DNA of 61,987 nt, filler included, from Sphacelaria rigidula (lineage: Eukaryota), in NCBI GenBank assembly GCA_964200075.2. It is 5 parts of 5 records of this genome, joined end to end, with 100 filler letters (N's around TTAATTAATTAA, not from the genome) between each part and the next. Parts side by side here need not be neighbours in the genome. Positions count along the whole stretch, not along the records: positions 49,672 to 61,987 come from CAXNAA020003894.1; 4 more parts are not named here. The stretch is one strand, 5' to 3'. Shown one piece after another: positions 51,624 through 61,987 of this stretch (positions are counted from its first letter, which is position 1; every line of letters starts with the position of its first letter). The translations under genes were made by a program, and so were the position numbers. The notes beneath the pieces were generated by a model. That model did no database searches, was not told where the DNA came from, and saw only the letters and a list, made by a program, of their open reading frames with translations.

Positions 51624-54600
51624 TGGTAAGTACAGCACATCCGAAGCACCGAAAAATGTCCGACAGAGGCGCTGAACGCCGTGAGGGACGCGGAAGGCGT
51701 GACGATAAACGCCGCTCCGAATCCGGATTCTCTTCGGCACGTCGAGGCCGTTCCGATTCCCGTGACTCCCGTTCCCGCTCTCGTTTTCGTCGCCGCCGCT
51801 CTACATCGCGGGACTCCCGTAGTTCCCGCCGCCCCTCGCACTCTCGCTCTGCATTTCCTCGCCGCACTCTGTCCCGTGTGAGATACCGCTCCACGAGCCG
51901 TCCCAGAACTAACCGTGACAATCAATCACGCCAGGATGGGCAAGAGACCGAGGAGAGTAACAAGGAGCGGAACAAAGGGGTCGAAGGAGCCGAGGCCAAC
52001 CAACTGGCTAAGGTAAACGAGCGGGTGCGTAGGCGCATTGCGGACAACTCCGCGACACCAGTATACAGAGGAACCGCACCAGGTAAGCTTACCATAGCAA
52101 ACAGTGCTGTACTCCTCTAGTAGAGCCAGTTCAGAACAAAGCAAGTCGCACGGTAGGACCAGACCGCCTTTTTTCGCTAGATGATATTAGGCAAATGTCC
52201 CCCGCACAATTTGTCGCGCTCCGCGGCGAAAATGAATGTTTGATGCCCCGTGTTGCTGCAGCCCATGCGTCTGCTCCCAGGATTCCACCGCAGATAGAGT
52301 ACGCGCAACCGCAATCGGGTGAATACGTCCAGCAGCAGACACCGGCCCTAGCTGCAGCGTTCAACAACACACCAGGGACAACTCCGGGACAGCACCGTGT
52401 TCCTGTCGTGGACCAGAAACACCTGTCGGCCAGAGACGTGCAGAGTCAAGGTAGAACAGCGGCCGCGAAGGGGGCGTCTTCTTCGTCTGCTGCTGCACCC
52501 ACCCCGCCACCGAGTTCATCCTCGGCTGCAAGCACCAGTGATCAGCAAGCCGCCCCCTCCCCGATGGGGGACCGAGAAGAGGTCATCGACTATCTCCGCA
52601 GGAACAATATCTGCTTCGGCCACGCCTTCACAGGTACCTGCCGCCGCCGCGATGGCATTTACTGTTCATATACACACGGTATCATCACGGCAATTACTAC
52701 AGGGACGCCAACGCCCGCCGTAGAGCCGCCATGCCAAGAAGCGACAGCCCAATACTTAGCCGCGATCGAGATGGGACTGATCAACGAGGGTAGCGATGGT
52801 GGAAGGGAGAAAGAAGACGACGAGCACGAAGATTCGTCCTCTGTCAGCAACGGCGACAAATGAGGGGATTCCGGGTATTTTCAACCTGGGGAACCTACTC
52901 GAGAAAGAGTTGGCAGCCATCGAGCGCCGCCTCGGAGACCAACTGTGGTTGGTGGGAGAGATCTGGCACCGGAGCCGGGCTAAGAGGCCGTGGCCACTCG
53001 AGGTACTATTGGACACCGGGGCGGGTGGGGACAATTATTGGGTTTTTGTGGCGTCGCCTTTTAGAAACAGAACTTATACAGGCCATGCTAGACACGGAAA
53101 ACGCTGGCGCTCTTCGCGCCGCCAACCCCTCGCAGAGCAAGGTACCCCCGATGTCTATAGTTGGATCAGTCGTGATACCCATCTTGTTCGCTAAAGGTGA
53201 TCGCGTTCGTAAAGTAGCAGTCAGGGTGGTAGTGGACCTCTCTTACGGGCTGATTTTGGGGGCCCAGTTTTTCAGGACAAAGCATAGCAGTCTGGAATTC
53301 AAAGCAACAGGAGGGTTTCGCCCTACTCCGTCCGCACCGTGGATTGCGTTTTTGAATAATGATAGCCCCCGACATGCCGCCCAGAATATACTCTCTGCCC
53401 TGGACCCGCTCAAGAAAGTCCGTTCGCTAGTCACGCCTTCCCCCGTGCCCTGTAAGTTCCCCAGTTACAGCGACAGTGCCTGGGAAGACGACGGCACGAG
53501 GGAGTGGAACGTGAGGCTGGCCGAGCGTTCCGTCTCCACCGATGGGTTTGTGAGTATGGCGGTAGAAACGGTGACTATGGGATCCCAACCGCAGGACAGG
53601 CAGCTAGTTCTGATGCTACCCTTGGCTAAGTACGATCTGGACGGGGAAGCGTTGGTAGCGATAGCCAAAGGAGGGCTGGGCACCAGGGTTTCCGGTTTAC
53701 TGTATTTTGGTAAAGAGAGGTGAATATAGGGCCGAAGCGAAAACCTCCGGGACAATCGCGCGCATGATAGCCCTCAACGTGCGCGATCCTGCTCGCCTTC
53801 ACTCACTTTTCGACGACACGCAGTCAACAGTAGACCAACCTACCCTGCCCACACCTCCTTCGTGCCCCGAGAGTGACCAACTGCCCTCAAAACCCAGACA
53901 GGTCCCCGGTATCGGATGCAAACATGGGACAGCTTGGGGGAACAGAGGAGGCGAAAGTTGTGCGCGTCCTACAGGATTTCTTGGAAGCAGGGGGTTGTTT
54001 CCCACGGATCCCAAGCGGGTGCCAGCCTGCATCAATGGTAAGCTAGAATTGCCATTGATTGACAGAGCTAGCACACCCTTTGCCGCGAAACATCGCCGTT
54101 TCTCGCCGGAAGAACGCCGAATGATCAGAGAAGGAATTCATAAGCTTTTTGACCGCGACGTGATCCGCCCCTCAACTTCTCCCTGAGCCGCGCAGTGTCC
54201 TTGTGTCAAAAAGGAAGATGGTACATTGCGCCTGTGCATCGACTGTTGTGCTCTGAACAAGTTTCTAGTGTCTGATAGCGGTGGGCTGGGTGACATTCAG
54301 CCTATATGTGACGGTCTCAAAGGCAAGAGATATTTCACGCAACTAGATCTAGCCTCAGGATTTCACCGAATTAAGATTGCTGAGAAAGATCGCCACAAAA
54401 CGGCGTTCAGAGATGCAGACGGCCTACTCTTCGAGTTCACCAGGACGGGTTTTGGACTGACAGTACTCCCGGTGGCGTTCACTCGTTGAGTGAAATTAAC
54501 GACAGGCAACCTGCCTGGCGTACACAGCTGGGTAGGTGACATCCTCATAGCCAGCCCCTCGTGGGACGCGCACTTGGCTCTACTTACCATGATCTTGCAA

Positions 54601-57600
54601 AGATTGTCGACTGCAGGGTTCTCGGTGAACTTTGCCAAATGCAGCATTGCAGCACCGTCCCAGGAGTCCGTTGGCATGTTGATCGATAGAACAGGCATGC
54701 AATCGGCCCCGTCCAAACTCACCGCAGTCGCCAAGATGCCACGTCCACGCACTGTTGAGGAACTCCATTCGCTAGCCGCCCCGTTGACCAACATTCTTCA
54801 CAACAAAGAATTTGCCTCACGTCGTGCATGAAAGATGACCATTCCGTGGGGTGATGACCAGGAAGCGGCGTTCCAGACACTCTAGTCTTCCCTAGCATCA
54901 CCAACGATACTCGCTTTCCCCGACCTGAACAGCAAGTTCGAATTGCAGACGGATGCCAGCACAGTGGGTGCGGGGGCCACTCTCTTACAGCCAGTGGGGG
55001 ACGAGTCTCGCATCATCGCATTTTGCGAGTCATCGGTTTTCACGTACAGACTCGCGCCAAGCACCCACGGAGAGGGAATGTATGACCGTGATATGGGGAG
55101 GCCAACACTCTTAGACCGTACCCAGCGGGCAGGAAGCTTAGATTAGTCACCGACTGTTCCGCGCTGACATAGTTGTTTCGTAGTCGTGATCTGCGTCCCA
55201 AGTCACACAAGTGGGCACTCCGACTCATGGAGTACAACATGGAACTTCGATGGCGGGAGGGAACCCAACACGTGTTACCTGACGCTATGTTCTTTCTCCC
55301 GCATCAACAGGAGCCAGGAGATGACATGGACGACTCATTTCTCGACGATTTCACCTGCGGCACACCCTCGGAAGCCGCAAGGTCCGGTGGTCCAAAACTG
55401 GACAGGGAATGGTTGTCAGAGTTGTCAGCCTATGGTATCAAGAGTGAACACATGGATGTAGCCGAGGCAAGATATCTAGGCACGTCGTCCCCCCACAATT
55501 CGCCGACCATCCGTGCGTTTGCAGTTCCCCGGCGCTGCTCGCATACGTACCGTGCCCACAGATGTTCAAATGAATCTTCAGCCGCCCGTAGGTCTCACCC
55601 CTAGTGTAGTCCCCAAGATGGCGCCTACCCCCATCACCCCTGCCCCAATCAACGAGCGGCTGAAAGTGGAAGAGGTGCTCACTGCTGGGGAGGGTAGTCC
55701 TTCGGCTCCGGTGAAAACCGCAGTGGACACGTCGGCAGTCGAGAAGGTGATACAGATGTTGACAACCGCATCCGCGCTGAAACGCCAACAGGAGGAGGAC
55801 GCCTTCCCGGGGCAGGTTAGATCGATACTGGGGAGAGAGAAGGCGCACGGTGCGAGTGGCAAAGATGGCGAGAGTACGGTAGGTGCCGACGAGGTGCAGG
55901 GGGGAGAAGAGGTGTCCAATACGAGTGGTACAGACTGTGAGAGGATGGTGAGTGCCGACAAGGTGCAGGGGGAAGAAGAGACGCCCGATACGAGTGATGC
56001 AAACTGCGAGAGTGTGGTGAGTGCTGACGAGATACAAGGGGGAGAGAGGAGGTGCCCTGTACGAAAAATAACGTCAAGAGTACGGTGAGTGACGAAGCTG
56101 CACACAAATACAGTCTGGACGATCAAGGTGTGGCGTAGTTTACGAGAGACATTGAAAAACCGTTGCTGGCCATCCCCTCTGCTATGGTACCCGAGCTCTT
56201 GGCGCTGGTACACACCTTACATGGCCATGCTAGAGTAGGCGCCACGCTGTCTTTGATGCGCGATCGTTTTTTTCTGGTCGTCGATGACCAAGGATACCAG
56301 GCAATACGTGTTATCTTGCAGCTGTAGGACGAGAAAGAAGGCTAGTAGTTGCAGGGTTGCAATGACCCCTGGACGAGCAGTGGACCCATGGGAAGAGTTG
56401 GAGATGGACTGCTGAGCGTAGACACTGCATCGCATACGAACAACAAGTACATTCTCTTGATCGTAGATCGAGCCTCTTAAGTTCCCATTCGGCTTCCCAC
56501 TCCAGACAAAGCAGGCTGAAAGTGTAGCTCGCATCCTTGCCGAGCTATGCTTGACATTCAGCATGCCTCAGAACATCCGCAATGACGGAGGAAAGGAATT
56601 TAGAGCCGAGGTGGTGACGCACCAGTGCAGGTGGCTGAAAGCAGATATTGCTTTTGGACCCTCCGATCACCCCAAGGGGCAAGGGGCAGTCGAGAGGTTG
56701 GGGGGGGGTGGCTACCAGACATGCTGGCGGAGCTGTGTAAGTCGTGGCGCCAGAGATGGGACGAGTATGTCTCCCTAGCACTCTGGATCAAGCGTACCTT
56801 GCCTGACGCTTCCCTACCCTCCGACATGTCCCCGTTCGAGCTTTTGTTCGGTCGTAAGCCCCGCACATCTCTAGATTCGCTTGTTCCCCTGTATCATGAG
56901 ATGGAATCGAGTTAAGGACTGCATGCCTTCGTGGAGCAGCGCAGACAGAACCTCAAGGAGGTACGCCTAGCTCTTGAGAAGAGGCACGCCGCGAAGGAAT
57001 CGACTCGTGCGAAAATGAACGCCTCTATCATGAGACCCTCCCCCGAAGCATCTGCTAGAGAAGGAGACCTGGTCATGGTACGCGAATCAGACAGCACGAT
57101 ACACCGGGACGGTAAGGGTAGGAAACTGCAACACGAAAGGTATACGGGGCCCTGGAGAGTGGAGGAAGTACAGATGACAGGCCTTGGTGGAGAAGTAGTC
57201 ATGCAGGGTCGTAAACGTCGTACACGTAGGGTAGCCGTCTCGGAGGTAAAACCCTTTCATAGTCGTCCACCACACCTTAGGCACTCGATAGCTAACGAGT
57301 TTGCTCAACACTTATGGGGTAGAGATTGGAGGGCCAACACCACGCCTCCCCAAAACCACGAATTCGTCACCTTCGTGGATCGCCGTGAGATCTACTCCAC
57401 GAAGGGCACGAAGCAGTGGGAATATAAGGCGAGATCTTCGGGGGTGAAGGTGTCAGACTGGTTGCCCGAGAACCAGCTTCGAGACAGATTTTCTCCTTCG
57501 GAAATAGACGCTTTCCACGCACTCTGGCACCTGTACCACCCCGCAGTTGCACCCGATCCGCTCTAGCCCTAGAAGAAGCGCCCCGCTCCCCTGTCGCGCA

Positions 57601-57790
57601 GTGACGCCTTGGAGCTTTTCCCCATAGGTGTTACCTTTTGGAAAGACTTCGGAGATGTTAAGGTCAAAGGTCAGGGGTATGACTACGGGAGCCGCTTTTG
57701 GTGAGTACGATACGAAGATGGAGACTGGGAGGAGCTATCTCGCCAGGAACTAGAACGCCTAACACGCGAAAGGGGACACCGAATTTAGAC
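51624..57790 (+). mobile_element. Decayed Ty3/Gypsy retrotransposon internal region (LTR pair not found)
   Basis: Gag-position ORFs; protease VLLDTGAG; RT LRLCID, LDLASGFH, KTAF, FGL, WVGDILI; RNase H LQTDAS, VTDCSAL; integrase HTLHGH..SCSC, NDGGKEF, GAVER; GPY/F motif YTGPWRV. Order is PR-RT-RH-IN. Confidence 0.93.
57358..57788 (+). pseudogene. Integrase C-terminal chromodomain-like (about 57358-57540) and Tudor-like (57618-57788) domains
   Basis: HEFVTFVDRR..WEYKARSSG..SDWLPENQL..EIDAF, then in the same frame FPIGVTFWKDFGDVKVKGQGYDYGSRFW*VRYEDGDWEELSRQEL. Confidence 0.7.
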
Positions 57791-59769
57791 TGCAGCGGGG
57801 ACGTTAACTCTTTTGGAACCGGGCCTCCAGAACAACCAATGAGATTGGTTAGGAATGTCGTGTCTGGCGTCTGCATCAAACAGTGACGCGTTGCTGGAAA
57901 TCCGCGTATGTAACCGCAGGGTTATGTCGAAGACCGAAAGTTTCAGTCAATCTATTTTCAGGTGCCGGGTGCGCATTAGGAAAGTGTACATCTGATGTAG
58001 CAAGCAGTATGGGTCGCGGTAGAGAGCTTGCAACAGGATGCGGCGACCGGCAGGCCGCCCGCCACTTGTGGCTTTGGATGATATTGTCGTCCCCATCACC
58101 TTGCCACACAGCTCCTCGTGGTCGGAGTGGGCCGCCATTTCCCTGTTTGTTACATGCGGCAATTTCTCTTCGAAGGGTATCAGCGTTGCGGCGCGCATGT
58201 ATTCAGTATAGTACAGTACAGTGTAGTATGCCTCTCCGGCTGCAGCAGTAGCTGCCGCTGCATACTTCCTTGCACGTTCTGGGCAATTCTCAGCTACCGA
58301 GATCAACTGCCTATATACCACTTCTTCATCCCTGCCCACTTCATACATGTTAACTGCACACTGCGAGTCATCAGCAAAAGAATAAGCCGAATTGATGACG
58401 GTAACTCCTCTTGTCTTTCCGCGGCCCACGTGGGTTTAGTGCCTCGTGAAAATGACCACATTGTAGCATGTACACTCCTTCCTGGTTTTTTCCGGTCCAC
58501 CCTGCGTTGGTGTAATTACTACGTTTTCGTATAGAAATGCGACCCAACCCCCCCCCCCGCAAAAACTCGGGAACGCTATATTGAATAAGTAATACTATAA
58601 ATCCAAGCTGCGACCGCCCTGCACTTGAAAACCTGGGAAGGCTTATCTGGGCCAGGGATAGAGCCCCCTCACGATATTTGTAGTGGCATAACACTCGCCA
58701 ACAATCCCCGCGCTGGTCGTTCGGGTCTGGTCGTTCGAAGCTGGTCGATAAATTTCGCCACGCGTGATTAGGCAGGTCGCTCGAAGACTTATTTTTTATT
58801 CTTTCACTAACACAGGGTCAACCCTGTGTTACTGGGAGGTCGATCTCAATAGGGTTAAGGAGTAGTCATTGTATAAGGTTGTACAGGATATCATTGCGCA
58901 GGGAAGGTGGTTGTAAAATAAACGAACAAATAAGTATATATTGCTGGTACCATACTTCTGATGCATGAATTGCGAGTGTCCTGTTTTCGTGACTTGCGAG
59001 TATTCCTGTTTCTTTTGCTTTTCTTCTTCAGGTGCTTTGGCACTGTCTGGTTCCCATTTTATAACATACAAGTACCTGTTTTCCTCTTTTCTCATTTTTA
59101 CCATCTTGATAGTAGTTGTTTCCCATTTTCGTGACATACGAATACATGTGTGAGCCATGGCGCGTGGGCTCTATTCCCAGAAGTATTGGCGTCAGTAGTT
59201 GCAGAAGAGCATCCCTGAAAAGCTGCACTCCTGTAACTATTTATCAGTCCGTGGAAAGGTTGTTTTTAGCGAATCCAACCAATGTTGGATGTGGTTCAAG
59301 CCCCGCACTACCTCGGAATCCAATGTAACTGATCCGGGGTGTCGACGCGCGATTAAGCTAACAAGCCAATCGTTCTCCAGTCTTACTGAGATCCCGGAAA
59401 AACGACAACGGCCGTGCTTGTCTGCGGTTTCTGTCCTTGGAAAGGGCGCTATAGATTCTTTCCCTTTCCTAACGGATAGGGTTTTTTCCTGCCCAACAGG
59501 GTTTATCTATACATCAGATACCGAGTTTCCCCCTGCGCTGTTAATTTGCCGGTTTTCTCGTTTCGTTTTTCAGGCGTCGATGCACAGGCTTCGTTTTCCC
59601 GGCCCTTCCAGCCCTCAACATATTTTTGTTCAACCTTATGTGTAAGGCTGGGGGGTGTTCCGGGTTTATTGGTTAGTTTCCAGTCGAGTAGACTCCATGT
59701 GTCATACTTTTGCTATGCTTACTCCGACAGGTCATGTGCCATTTTGGAGTCTGTGTGATTTCTGGTCAA

Positions 59770-61130
59770 CAGCTGACCCCCGGGCTTTCACACTATTTTG
59801 GGAACTCATCTTGAACCACTTCAGCAGCTACTAGCCTGTTCGCCGCTAATACAATAAGCATCTACGCCATCTACGGACGGCAACATCAGGGGTGTCTCTG
59901 GTTTTCTTCTAATGCAAGCCTGACTTCCCTGAAACGGATGTTGTTCTGACATCCTTGCTGGCCAGGTGCATGCCACCCGGCTGTATGAACATCTGTTGAC
60001 TCCCTGATGTGCAAGTCGATATCAAAACGAATCAATACCCTTGAATACGATTGATCACGACTGCGCGGGTGCCCACGGACTGGCACCCTGCACCCCTAGA
60101 CGGTAACCATCGATTCGTGACACAACTGTTCCGATACGTTCCAGCAACTCGGAAAATTTCCCCGCATTCTTGGCGATCTCTTCTTGGAACTCTTGCCGTT
60201 TTTCTTCCACATTTAGTCGATCGATTCTGCATTTGTACAACTTCCTACCTCGCCTATTTCTTTTAGCTCTCGTCTATTGGCTTTCTGTCCATATCAAGCA
60301 ATAATCTGTGGATACCATGTCCTCTACGCATAAATGTACTTCAACTCATCTACTTTTTCCATGCTCTACCACTATACAGTCGAGAACGGCACGTTACATC
60401 TCGTCTTTGCATTTTCTAGTTCATGTTCATTGCGTCTCTGGCTTTTGTGCTCTACCGTTCAGCGTCTTCATCTCGTTATGCTCGAGGAACTTCAGCGTTT
60501 CTACCCCGTATTGCCCAACGATATCATCCGGTTGACCTGCTCTTCCTACCCCTGCATTAAATCTCCCACTAACATTACTTCTTCTTGCGCTACATACTTA
60601 TGTACATCTGCTGCTATCCCTCCAAACCTCCGACGTATATCGTTCATCCTACTCTTCGATTCTGGGGGCATGTGGATGTTCCCTACGAAGAGATCCTTCG
60701 TTTCCCGCTCTCCTGATACCCTTATCCATATGCTCTGGTCGGATTTCGTGTCGTCGATCACTTTTATACAGTCACACAGATATTCCTTGACGAAGAATCC
60801 TACTCCCCCCGCTCCCCAGCTCTTGTCCTTCTGTCCCTTCCGCTTCTTGCCTACCCATGCCTATCATTCAACTGTCCTTTCCGATCTTTCCCTATCTATG
60901 CGTACTCTTCAAATTTGCATCCTGTTTCCGCCCCCTCTTCCTCGCATGACTCTTGGATTCCTACTATATCCAGGTCGTGCTTATTCACGTATTGCGCTAT
61001 CTCTTCTCTTTTGCGCTTGCCCATGACGAATCCACACACGTTCCACGACCCTATCCTTAACTTCCTTTTGGAATCATTATCTACTCTCGTGTTGTCTATT
61101 GTTCCCTCTCCTTTTACCTTCACTTTCCCT
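59770..61130 (-). mobile_element. LINE fragment encoding an apurinic-type endonuclease domain, frameshifted
   Basis: LRIGSWNVCG, LDIVGIQES, GGVGFFV, SIWIRV, GNIHMPPES, LVGD motifs. Confidence 0.88.
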
Positions 61131-61987
61131 TGCTTGGTTGTTCTTCCCGTTTCTGCGTTGGTCTTTGCCTATTTTCTTCCCCACTCCTTGATTGCGCTCT
61201 GCTTTAGCGTGACTCGCAAGTGTTCTCCCTCCCTTTCTACTTTTCCTCTTGCCAATCCGTATAGTCCGACACCATTGCATTTCATTTTAAACTATTCATT
61301 TCCTCACGAACTCCGACTACCAGCACTTTTAGTACTTTACCCGTCCCCTCTTTTCTTCTCCACCCGCCCTTCCTTACCGTCTCTCTCTCGATCTCTTTCG
61401 AGAGAATCTCCAGCTTAATCGTTCCGAGTGCATTGGTGGAATGTAGTCAACGTAGTGGGACATCCCAATCCTAGTACTCGTTGGGGGTCTGGTGTCTTTC
61501 AGTTCTTTTCCTGGCTCACCGACACTAAATAATGCCTGCAACACGGGCTGGTGGCCTAAAGTCAAGTTCAACACCTTTGACACAAGTACCCCACGTTTGC
61601 GCCAGGCGATCTTCATGGTGAACCATTTAGGCGTCTCACGATCATATCTTCCATCTTCTTGCCCCGCTGCTGTACTGGTTACTTTCCTCCAGGGCGGTTA
61701 TTTTCACCGTGGAAGGTTCAAGGACGGCTTGAATAACACAAGGTCTTATTCACATTGGGCTGTCCCGTACATCACTTTTCCCACTCCGTGCACGGTTCAA
61801 CATAGGTCGCTACTCCATGAATGCTTCCGAGTAGACCTACGCTGCCGAAAGCTCGGCCAATGATTCCCCCACACTTTGTACCAGCATATATCCTTCAAGA
61901 TCTCAAAAAGTCCACGTATCGCTTGGTGCTCCTTCTCGTAGGTCGTGCGGTAGGTCATTGGTAAGGTGTTTGTTTCATGAGTGCCGT

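Noticed and set aside
51623-52120. Host SR splicing factor
   Set aside because: No RRM, no introns, and it lies directly in the Gag position of the Gypsy element.

Overview
Repeat-rich, intron-rich eukaryotic nuclear DNA. Gene structure and transposon content are most consistent with a brown alga or related stramenopile (inference). The window is not one locus: four identical 100-nt linkers (44 N + TTAATTAATTAA + 44 N) join five contigs of 12320, 12318, 12317, 12316 and 12316 bp. This looks like a size-sorted concatenation, so adjacency across linkers has no biological meaning. Contig 1 holds an apparently complete six-exon CELF/Bruno-like gene with a single RRM3-type domain. Contig 2 holds an RTE LINE 3' end, exons of a possible membrane protein, a decayed minus-strand Copia, fold-back MITEs, a tRNA-derived SINE and another LINE fragment. 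Contig 3 holds a full-length decayed Copia with paired LTRs. Contig 4 holds three exons of APC2 (ANAPC2) with MITE-filled introns. Contig 5 holds a decayed Ty3/Gypsy element and a LINE endonuclease region. The most unusual items are (i) the Gypsy, whose Gag has an RS-rich region and a CCCH zinc finger and whose integrase ends in a chromo-like plus Tudor-like tandem, and (ii) a conserved 3' stem-loop motif shared by the RTE LINE, two short LINE-tail copies and poly(A) SINE-type tails.
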